Positions 12,085 through 23,131 of a stretch of DNA of 64,000 nucleotides are shown piece after piece. The translations under genes were made by a program, and so were the position numbers. The notes below the pieces were generated by a model. It ran no database searches, was not told the origin of the DNA, and worked only from the letters and a program-made list of their open reading frames with translations. Position 1 is the stretch's first letter; every line of letters begins with the position of its first letter. Origin of the DNA: Balanoglossus misakiensis (taxonomy: Eukaryota > Animalia > Hemichordata); assembly GCA_040954595.2 (NCBI GenBank), contig CM082585.2, positions 10,581,995 through 10,645,994 of the forward strand, written 5' to 3'.

Positions 12085-15000
12085 TCAGTTTGTGTGTTTG
12101 ACCAAAGAGCAGTGCCTTTTAGTAGAGTCATCATCGTCGTTTAGTTCTTTGGCTCGTGACCGCAGTTCACTTAAACTTTGCAGGCGCCTACTCTCATCAG
12201 AGAGTTCGTTCTTGTCGGTTTCGTCTTCCTTCGTCGGCTCGTTCCTCTCGCTGTTGTGTATGGCTTCAAAAGAAGCCTGGAAAAGCATCGGCGCCCTCGG
12301 AGGCAGGCCGTGGGGAGGCGTAGGCGGCAGGAATCCGGCATAGCCAACTTCTGTCAAATGAGGTCGTAGCCCGACGCTGTGGATCATTGGCTGTGCAAAG
12401 TATGGGGAGATGGCCGTTGGTGTTACTGGGAAAATTGGCCACATGTCGCGACCGCCCTCTACCGGCCTCGGAAGAGTGGGACTTGGTATGTCTTGGCAAA
12501 CCTCACCGTTCACCGAAGTTGGCGTGCTCGTGACATTTCGATGTCGAATTTGCATTGAAAGTTCATCATAGATTCCTGTAAATGGATGAAACATTGGATA
12601 TAAATAACATTATACAAACTGACTTTTTATTGGTTTGATATTGTAGTTTTCACATTATGCTAAGGTAGAAGTGAATCTTGCTGAAAATAATGATCGTTGC
12701 TTACTGTTCAGCTGTGTGGGCGATTTTCCCGGAGCTTTGTTTTTCCGCCATTTTGCTCTTCTATTTTGAAACCAAACCTGTAAAAAAATACGATATCATG
12801 TTAGGTCAGTGGATTTCAAAGCCCATGAAGCCATAAAATGTCAAGAATCGAAATTATTCAACCAAAACTAGCTTTCTTTTAAGTCGTTTGGCCCAATATA
12901 AACTTCACTGTTGATTTGAATTGCATATGGAGCCGGTGAGATGACATATCACAGATGCACGTGCATGTGGCATGACGTCACACTGACCTGAACACGTGAT
13001 TCGCTGAGCCCGATTCTCATGGCCAATTCTTGTCTTGCAAGTGTATCGGGATAGGGCGCCCTCTCGAATGCTCTCTCCATGTGCTCCAGTTGATAAGTCG
13101 TAAACTTTGTCCTATTCAATAAACGAAGGAAGAAGAAAGTCACTAGCCAGGAAGAGAATAATTCTAAATCTCAACATAAGAAAGTGCAAAGATATAAATG
13201 AAGCGATCGTCCCTGGGCAAAGTCGGACAAAGAGAAACGGAAGAAAACCCTCGAGCAGTTGCCATGGAGATGTAAGACTCTCACCTGTACCTTGACTTTT
13301 TCTTCTTCATCGGTGAGCTGGAAACTATGGTATCTGACGTCACCTTATCGCCATGGTTACCACAGGAGCCATTTGCACCACTTCCCGGGGCATGCTGGGA
13401 TTCTGAAAATGAAATGGGCAGTTTTATTTTTATGGTCGTATTGGACAGGTCAGATTTGATCAGAAACATTAAATAGTAAGCTGTTTTTTTTCTCGCCACC
13501 CTTCCCTACCAGACATGACAACGCATGCGCACAAATAAGGAAACCGGACCAACCAATGTACATCACTAATAGCCATCCACAGGCTTCGACGCGTAATTGT
13601 AATGTCACTACAAATTTGCCAATTTTCAACCTCGCATTAATATAGCATCCCTTATCAGCGGAGTAATATTAATATTAATTATCAGATACGAGTTCTCTAA
13701 TCAGTATATAATCTCGATTATAAGGTGGAAATTTGTCAGGGCTTGAGAGCACGGGTGCAAGTTTCGGATCAGTCAACCGATGTATTTAATGTTCAAAGTT
13801 TGGCTTTACTCAGTCCGAAAAGAAACAATCTCTCAAATTTTACTTAGAACGGAAGAAACGTTCTTTTTTGCTGACCCAACGGAGCGTACCGATATCGCAT
13901 TATTTGCCTGACTTGTTTGGCAAATATTTTGTCATACAGGCCTGCCTGCTTTCGTCTGCGGCTGAAACGGTGGCAAATTTATAGATTCCGGTCTGTGCGT
14001 GCGAGTTGTATGACTTCAACGTGCGCATGGGAGCGCTCGCGTGTCACGGCAAGCGCACATACCAGGGTTGTCGGGTATTCTCAGTCAAACCTTGTGTCAT
14101 CACAGACAATCGTTTAACCTCCATCATTGTAACCACATTCTATTCCTATTAACAGACGTCGAATCTTTCCTAATGCGCAATAGTCTACCACACTAACAAA
14201 AGTTCGTCTAAGTCATCCGGGCTTTCTGCCACGGTCTAAGTTACAGTACACAGCCTCCCTCGTTTTCACCGACAACTTAATTACACGTCTGATGAGCGTT
14301 CATAAATTTCAATTTACCGTCCAATCCAGCTATGCATATTACATTCCTGGCTGACTGTACAATTACTGGCAACTAATAAACGGCGCAACAAGTATTTGAT
14401 TCGGCCGATCACATGTCAAAGCTTTATGATTGCAAGACAAATGTCTTGAATTACAGCGTACAACACCGGGCTAATGTAAAAACCTATTTAGCTTGACTCG
14501 CTTTGCCACAATAATTACATATAGGTATAATAAACCGTGACAGCAGTTAATGAGGCAATTATTGGAAATATAATTGTCATTTTCTCGACTGCGTGTTGAT
14601 CACCCGGCAAAATTAGATACATCGTTGGCATAATCAAATTCAATTATACTTTGTTTCGAAGGGGTAATCGGGCCCGCGCTTGAGAACAACAGTGCGAAAA
14701 CATCTCCCCATGGAAGGTAGAGTCCCAAGGTGTGAATGGACGGGTCTTTGGCTCCCCGCACGCGACCGACGCAACAGAAGCTGTCTGTCCTACGACTGTG
14801 TACAGGCGCAATTAGAGCGGCGCGTGGCGCCCCTTGCAGTGACTTCGCGCGCACGTGTTTGCGGGTGCTGCGTGGAATACGAGGTTTGCCGATCGGATTG
14901 ATGCAACACGTGGGAAAGGAGTACAGCGACTCGACTCTTGACTTTAGGATATTCAAATCTGGTCTCTAAATGTGACTCTTTCGTTTCGCCTCGCGCCTCA

Positions 15001-15110
15001 GGAAAAGTTGGGATTGTCTGAGGACCGCGCGATGGCAGATAAGACAACGTCGCGTCGCGCGCGGAACATGTGAGCGGTGTGAACTCCTCGAAGAGATGAG
15101 AGTCAGAGAC

Positions 15111-15148
<38 letters not shown>

Positions 15149-15573
15149 GCAGACAAACAGACACAGACAAACATAGCGAGAGAGATAGAGAGACAACGAG
15201 AGAGAGAGAATGAGAGAGAGATACTGAAACTAAAAGTGGAGAACATTGATACGGTAACGATTTTCATCAGCAAACAAAAAGTATAATTATCTAAATGCAG
15301 TGAAGTATTAAATATCCCGAAATTGATACAACGAAAGAAATAAAATGATAGAACTTTGCCAGATTTACATGAGTCCAAGAAATAAGAAGTAAACTTACCA
15401 GCTTTGAAAGTCCTGTTTTTGGATTTGCCGATTTTCCCAGACTGTTCCTTGCTTGTCGCTCTCATGGCAGAATTTTTGTCGCGGGATTTGTCCATCGCCA
15501 ATAAACTATGGATGCTGTATGAGGACTCTGAACATCTGACTTGCGCCCAGGGAGAGGCTATGGTTCCCGCCAT
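12085..15573 (-). CDS. repo: Paired-class (Q50) homeobox transcription factor, Repo (reversed polarity) family, ~326 aa
   Basis: Exons 15573-15399, 13402-13285, 13111-12988, 12777-12705 and 12575-12085 (phases 1,2,0,1; 981 nt). Homeodomain [71 protein letters not shown] and [11 protein letters not shown] match the Repo homeodomain as I recall it, rather than Rx, Arx or Hbn. The classic PRD intron lies between VQ and VW. Confidence 0.85.
15104..15221. repeat. Compound (GATA)/(GACA)/(GA)n microsatellite in repo intron 1
   Basis: Tandem AGAT, AGAC and GA units. Confidence 0.85.
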
Positions 15574-15616
15574 GCTTTCCAACACTGACTATCAAAGTTT
15601 GAAAGCCGTCAGTTTT

Positions 15617-15623
15617 CTTTATA
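15617..15623 (-). promoter_or_regulatory. TATA box of repo
   Basis: TATAAAG on the minus strand, ~45 bp upstream of the ATG at 15573. Confidence 0.55.
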
Positions 15624-16725
15624 AGTTTCCCCGGGATGTGAGCAGCTCAATTTATGCTAATCATCTCATTTGCGACAGACAATGGAAGCGGCCAAAAAGT
15701 TAACTCGCGCACTTGTCATTGTAATTGGGCGAAACCACTCGAGATAATAGGTAAACGTGTGGACCTGGGGCTATTTCAAATCTATTGGAGTTGGTGACGA
15801 ACGAAATGATTTAAAGTTTACAACTTCTTGTCCTGCATAACTGACTTTTAATAGATTGATGGTTCGAGGGACCGATGACTTTCTGAGACCATTGCCTTTG
15901 TCACAGTCACATATTTATATTTACCAGAATCTCTTTTAATTATTTATGTATTCATGTGTTTGTTTGTGAGTCTGTTCTTCTGAGAGAAGACTATACAATT
16001 TGCAAAGAAATGTAAACGTCGCGGAAGTAAAAGAATAACCATGGAATCGCCGGCTGAACTCAAGAATGAAAGTGGCTGGCGATGGGTGAAAGGATATTGC
16101 AATCAGGCGGACATAGCAGACCGTTAATCCTGATTGCTGAAAACCTCCATCCCTGTTACGGATGACATATTTGTCTTTGGAATCAACTACGGGGCGAATT
16201 GAATTAATGACAACCTATACAAAAATGCAAATGAACTGTTGACTTTCCATTAAAATACTTCCATCGAATTCTTGATGCGAAATTGATGGTTATTAAAAGG
16301 GCCCGTGTTTGTCGAAATTATGGATCGGTTAAGCGAGATAGCTGATACGCCGCGAGAAGGTTGATCGTAATCACAAATTATTAAAAGTCAATTTCTCTAC
16401 TTCTGTAGCGGTATAAATCATGTGCTTTTGTCGGAAAATGTTTACATTTCGTAATTATTGAATCAAGATCTATAGATCTAGAGTAGCGTTTGATCTTTAG
16501 GTATATAGGCTGTAGGCGAGGTGTGAACGAGGAATGAAAAGACGAGGCGGGCGGGGAGAGAGAGACAGACTGAAGGAGTGAGACAAAGAGGGGGAGGTAG
16601 AGAGAGACAGAGACAAGACTTGAAACTTAAGTAATAGATCTTTCATTCTATTACTGCAAAATTATTGTGAATTAAATAACTTGCACTTAACATTTAAAAA
16701 ATAATGTTCGTTCGACGAGTCGAAA

Positions 16726-16832
16726 GAATGAATGAATGAATGAATGAATGAATGAATGAATGAATGAATGAATGAATGAATGAATGAATGAATGAATGAA
16801 TGAATGAATGAATGAATGAATGAATGAATGAA
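16726..16832. repeat. (GAAT)n microsatellite
   Basis: About 26 perfect GAAT units. Confidence 0.98.
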
Positions 16833-19685
16833 AGGTGGATAGACAGTCTAAGATAAAACTGAGACAGGGAGTCTGATGGAAATATACCTTTTGATGCGTT
16901 TTGATCGAACCAATTTCCCATTACTACTCCTTAACTCTCTTAATTAATTCTTGAAATTTAATCCCGGTTTTAATCGTGATAAATTACCAGCTTGGTGTAA
17001 CACGAAGGCGTATTGTACTAATTGTAATATATAATTCAACTAAAGAGATTTTCTGTGGGCCATAATGTTAAGCCTTAAATTACTTCCCGGCCTCTACTGT
17101 TCAAGTGAAAAGTCTTCCTAAGGGTGAGGGGTGGGCGACGAAATGGACCCCACATATACTTGTATTTGTTAAATTTTGTCAGAAAATCGCCTGACGTGCG
17201 TGAGAACAATTCGTTCCTTTATGAAGGCTTGGAACAATCGGCAGCGCAGTTAATTAATTATCTGATGATTATCATCTGGGTTAGATGAAGCATTGACAGT
17301 AGTCTATGGATGAAGTGACTCCATTTTTCAAAGTTGCCGGGTGATGGGAACATATTGGAATAGTCAAACGACATAAACCACTTGTTGAGCGTCCACTGAG
17401 ACCCCGGATGAACAAGAGATTGTGCGATACGAACACTAAAGATGAAATAAACTCGACGTGCGACCGGGATAACTTTTAGGCGGTCGTTGGGACCGGACTG
17501 AAAGGAGGGGAGAGGAGTGGTGTGAGGTTTGGCCATGCGGAAACTGCGCGCAGTCGACCGGGAAACGTGGATACCGCGTGCATTGTGCGCGAGTGCCGAG
17601 CCAGGACACTTGGTATGATCAGATAGGCAATCTACATGAATTACCTGGGACAACACAGCGGGGTTTAATTACCATGGTTGTCCATGTTTCCGATTGACGC
17701 CTTGTGAAGCTCAAATAAAATTCAATGGATGTCAGTTACGTCCATCCCCCATGACACAACCATCTCACTTCGTCGACCACGGCACGAAAATCAATCAACG
17801 TTTCTCAGTAATTAACCAACACATCATCCGATGAGCTTAGGATTATTCAATCAATTAATTAAATGCTCCATCCATCCAGTTGCACCGTTAAAGCAATACT
17901 TTGATTAATTTTTGGTCATTTCCTTTCGTGTTTTGTGTTTCTTTCAATGTACCACTGGGTCTGTGTTTTACTATTCTTCATAAATCAGCATGACGTTTTC
18001 TTCGCCACCCTCCCATTGAAACAAATGAATGAAAATTGGTGTTTAATTTGTACTGGACACAAAATGGCCACAAAGCGCTCGTCTTTTTATGGTAGCTCTG
18101 GTTTAATTGACTTTAATAAACGGGCGAAGAATTTTATTAATGAAGACCTTGGCCGTCACTAATTTTGTACACAAAGCCCCGTGCATTGTTTGTTCGTTAA
18201 ATACACGGCATCTCTTAAACCAAATTAAAATCTGAACAAATAAAATTGATTCAAAATGACGCCGAAACAGCTTTTAGGTTTTGTTTTGTGTGTAATGAGC
18301 ATGTGCGTGTGGTTTTAAGTTTCGGGCTTGTTGAGTGGTTCATAGAATATTGGACTGAAAATAACGACTATTAAATTATCCAGAGTGCAAGGGGGGGGGG
18401 GGCAAACGTATGAAACGATGTACAACCATACCGTACCTGGCAGACACATCTGCCAATCTGAAAGCTCTAACCACACGTCACGTGATTCAAGAACCCTATT
18501 CTGACAGCTTCAACACTGTCAGCGTGAAGCATACTTGAGAGGAAATTAAATGAAATCAAATTGACTTATTTGCCATAGACTGCGCTACTGTGCGTGTTCT
18601 GTCCGCTGCTATCGAACCTAGAGTCGCTAGCTCACAGGAACTTGCATACTGCTGAAACGTTTACAGCCTATAGTACAGAGATGGTGTGCCAACTCCACGC
18701 TATGTCTATGGTGCCAACAGCACGAAATCGCCAAATGGAACACATCCACGCACGCACCAGCGATGCAGCTCAAATCCTGGGACTATTTTTGAGGTTGGAG
18801 TAGAGATTTGGCTGATCGACGTGTCAGCTATTCTGACGTCACTTGGGACACTTACCCCAATTGGCAATCCCAGGGTGACCAGTTCTGTGGTAAACGTCCA
18901 ACGGGTTGTATATACATGTAGTCATACTGCTTCAGCATGGCTCAGTAAGCATCACAACGTGAACATTTCCTACCAAGAAATTAAAAACCCAATAAAACTA
19001 TTATAAATGTTGCAAGATGCGCATTTCAAGCCTATCATCAAGACGTGTTTCAAAATCTTCTTAATATCAAAACTACACTAAAAGATATCAATTTTCCCCC
19101 TCCCCACCATGTAGAAAGACCCTGCCCGAATCACCAAAAATATCCCCGGTTGAAATCGGTTGATATCGATCGGTTGAAACCAAGCTATGCTGTAAGCTGG
19201 CTGCACCTGCAAACTGACCAATGGCCAGACGACCTTGTGGTACTGCCGTTGGTCAAAAGTCCAACTCTTTTTCAAGGCCGATCGCCCTCTGGGTCGATCG
19301 ATCAACAGGTGTACGAATCCAAGGTCGTATTGAATTTCGGCCAATTAATAGGGTGCAGCGGACTTGACTCGGTGTCATTTAGAGCAACCGTCTCTCTGAG
19401 TGAAAATGGATTGCACTCGAATGAAATGAAAAATTAAGTGGTATCTAATCTTATTGGAGCCATTTGAACCTGGGCGCACTTATGATGAGTGTTTTCATTT
19501 AATTTGCATGGAATCTGTTGTCCGTTCGTCCCGACGTGAACCCCCTTTCCCAGCGTCACGTACATGGCATGTCCATCAATTATGAAATGCGATCAATGTT
19601 TGATATACGTGTTGCTGCCAGTTAGACGGGAATTCGTGTACCAAGTGTTAATTAGTATTAGAGATCGACCCGGAAGATTCAGTCC

Positions 19686-22600
19686 ATGCGGGCGCTACGA
19701 GACAAGAACAGTCATATCTCCAGAGCGAGACGTCCCTCTCCACTCAAACCGCAGGCTTTCAGGCAATTATGAATGTCTGAGAAACCTGTAGTCAAATTTT
19801 GCCTGGTAGCTTACGGGCAATTGGTATAAAGCCTGTGACTTACGCATATTTGGGTCATAGTCCCTCTCCTGGAGGGATAATGTTTGGGTAGAGCTGTTTA
19901 TCCGCTGTCCCAAACATGCACTTCGGTGCACAATGGAGCCAGGCAGAGTCGTATTTATATCGCATTTCACTCACGTGCGCGGCATAATGGCATGCGAACA
20001 GTATTCAGAGGGTACCTTTTGTTCTCCTCCTTGCACAAGAGCACCCGTTTGCCCAGCCAACCCGCACGTGCTGTTTTTGTAACAGCGAACAGTAAAGAAT
20101 GCTCACCACCGTCACTATAATCTATTTCCTACCGCGACACAATGGAACACTCCCCGTCTATTTTATGATGTTTTGCCGCTCATATGGTGGAGGTTTTTCT
20201 CCATTTCAGAGCCACCAGTCGACACGTTTACCGTTTTCACTGCTTCCACTCTCTATCTTTCTGAATGAGATAGCGCGCACGAGCAAGTAGCTTCCGCCGC
20301 GCGATCGACACGGCCCCGGCAAAGTTTCGAATACATCAGCCATTGGATACACAAGAGAACGATAATTAAGTTCTAGTTATAAACGGGTGGTTGGGAAAAA
20401 ATGAGTTTTAGATCGAAGTTGCGATATCGGTGAAAGTCGCTGCGCGAACAATAAAAGCGTTTGTGGAGGAGGGTGTGATTGTGGCGGTTTCTCTTCGAAA
20501 AGATTTCTAGCCCTATTGCGACACGAGTTCTTCAAAAGTGCAAAATCCCAATGATCCTATTCAATTTTTGATGACAAGATAGTAGGGTTTGTGCGATAAC
20601 TATTAATTTAACGGCCATTATGTACTTCACAATCGCGCGATAACATTGTATTCTCACTTTTTTCTCTGTGATGGAGAATATCTTTGGTGAGCAGATATCG
20701 GCCCATATCTGCGTGTGCTGGTTCCGAAATTAGCCCCTAAACCGTATACAGTTTTATCTTTAAAAGCTCCCATTGACGTTTCAGACAATGAAATCCATGG
20801 ATGAATGTCACATATATCTGCATGTGCCATTTCCGACAGAGGATCAAAAACCACGTACCATAAAGTTTAATCAAAGTTTCATTGACGTTGCGGACAACTG
20901 ATGTAGGAACGAATGGCAATCTCGCTGCTTTTGAAACGGTTACCGGCGTTAACAAAATAAAAAGTCGTATCGTACATATCGTATTGATACAGTCTAATAT
21001 TGAGCATTTTCAACTTCTGGGGTTGTATGTTGGATGGTTCGGTATTACCCCACATGCCGATCAATTTTAGGTCAATAACCAATTCTTAGGCTGTCGTGGA
21101 CTTTGTCGATCGAACACTGTGCATTTACATTCAAAGGGGGGGGGAGTGGGACTTGAAGCGTGATTCAGGTGCAACGTTTCAGCGAGGCTGCGATTCAGAT
21201 AAAGAAAGAAAAAAACTCGAATCGGTGTTATCGCTACCCCGCATCAGTTTAGTCACGTTCTACCCAGCAAATGACAAATGAAAATTCCCCACTGAAAAAT
21301 ATATCGTTTCATTTCCACAATGGTGTTCTTTTGCGCCGCATCAGATTATCACTTCCATTTAAATATTTATGAGGTAATGAGTTGATTTCTGTCAGCGGGC
21401 CTCGAAATAAGATAAGGCAAGACTCGTACCGGGCAGTCAAAAATCAACTCGTCTGATGGACGAGGCGATACAGCCGCCATTGAAAGAAATAAAGCGATTA
21501 CAAATATTAAAGCTTCAAAACACAGAATCAGCGCAGGCGCGGAATACGGAACATCTGTTTTGCAAAATAAGTTCCTCTTCCGCCGGACTTCTTAACCCCT
21601 GTCTAATACTACAATTGCCTTTTCTCTTTCACTTATAACTAACTTTGCGATCTGTATTTCACTGTCTGTGAGATCTGATTTTCTGCTTTGCGTGAAGCTG
21701 TGACGTCACAGAACAATATGGGCCTAAACCAGCCTCGGCTGAGCGAACCTCGCGTCACGATGTCAGCCGTGTTTCATTTGTTAGATGGCAGCTATAATTG
21801 GTTCATCCTGTCTACCGACACACTGCATTGATAGCGGGACTTGTTCTTTAGAGGTGGAAGGGGGGATTACCGGACAAAAAATTAAACCTAAAGCATTTTT
21901 CACGGAGCGAGCATGCGGTTGTATAGAGTGTCTGCTTGCCATTGTCTTCTTGGTCTCCTATGCGGGTAGGCCACTTTAAATCAGTCTGTTTGCGGTCATG
22001 GCTCGAATCGCTCTAAAGAAATACTTTGTGAACCATTTATTATTTAAGTAAACACTTTCGATAGAAAACGTTCAAACAGAATAAAATCAGTTACACGAGG
22101 GTGGGTAATTTGATACCATTAATAATTTCTTCTCGAACGCTTGTTCTCGATTTTCGGCGACGAGATCTCGACGTTTCGTGAAAATTCCGCAGACAGCTGA
22201 CCGTAGCGAATGATCAATTGAGAAACCAAACGGTTCAAGTACAATATCTTTTAGGAGGGGAGAACGAATGTTTATTTAACGGACGTACTGCTTTGAAAGA
22301 CATTGTTCTATTCACCGGAAAGATATACCATTTTTACAACTTGTCTGGCTACTTTCGTCAAGTTCACGGGGTCAGCGCTACCACGTCATTCCCGTTGTAG
22401 TCGACGGCGGGAGAAGCCTTGTGTGTCAGAGAAACGACTGTGTTTCTCAGCCGGTCCTTATTTTGTGTCACCTGCTAATTAATCTCTAATTCATTATCTG
22501 ATAAGCATTAATTTATTACCTCAATTAGCACCAGTAATTCGTATTTATAACTATATCGTTCGATTCCAATCTAACATATCCGCCCGAGTGTGAAAGAGAG

Positions 22601-23131
22601 CTTAATCACGTTATGCAAATTGTGCGCTTTGTTGGTGCGTTGCTCCTGTATCTACAACCAATTATGGTGTTTATACATTATTTATCACTGCTATATTCGT
22701 TAATTAAAACATTGCTGAGTTTTTCTCTCATTCAAATTTGATTCCAGCTTTTCACAGAAATGACAGAGACACGCCACGTATACAAATCAGCCGTGCAATG
22801 AAAGCCAACATTGCTGCTAGCAGTTTTGGTCCAACTTTCTGTGCTGAAACGAACTTTGTTCTAAAAAGGCTTACAGTGCTTACAAAGAACGCAAAGTAAA
22901 ATGGCGATAATAAGAGAACTGGTAACGGTGTTCGGGTTTGAAACCCCTAATAAAAGTGGAGGTCTCGTTCTTGTAAGACCCTTAGTCAGAAAGAGCACTG
23001 TAACCCAAGTATTCTTCTGTATTAATTATCGGAAAGAGTGTAAGAGGGTATTTTCTTAAATTAACACATTCATTTCCCAACTTTGATTATCGCATTGTTT
23101 GCCGTGTTAATGGGGGAAAGGAGATGCGGGT
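19686..23131. promoter_or_regulatory. Cluster of GCM-binding consensus sites upstream of repo
   Basis: ATGCGGGC at 19686-19693, ATGCGGGT at 21960-21967 and ATGCGGGT at 23124-23131. Near matches are CCCCGCAT at 21237-21244 and ACCCGCAC at 20060-20067. The GCM consensus is ATGCGGGY. Confidence 0.45.

Noticed and set aside
12705-13402. Assignment of the homeobox gene to Rx, Arx/aristaless or homeobrain
   Set aside because: eh1 plus OAR suggests these families, but RAPYPD and LSESRVQ fit Repo. Rx has KSHYPD/LPEVRVQ, and Arx/Hbn have KT[HQ]YPD/EAR[VI]Q.
14600-15398. Several overlapping 70-160 aa ORFs in repo intron 1
   Set aside because: They come from GC-rich or microsatellite intronic sequence with no recognisable protein. 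Only 15573-15399 is coding.
16694-16921. ORF with (IHSF)n repeat
   Set aside because: This is a translation of the (GAAT)n microsatellite.
17258-21979. Scattered 60-130 aa ORFs upstream of repo
   Set aside because: They show no domain signature or consistent splice chain. The region looks regulatory or like transposon relics.
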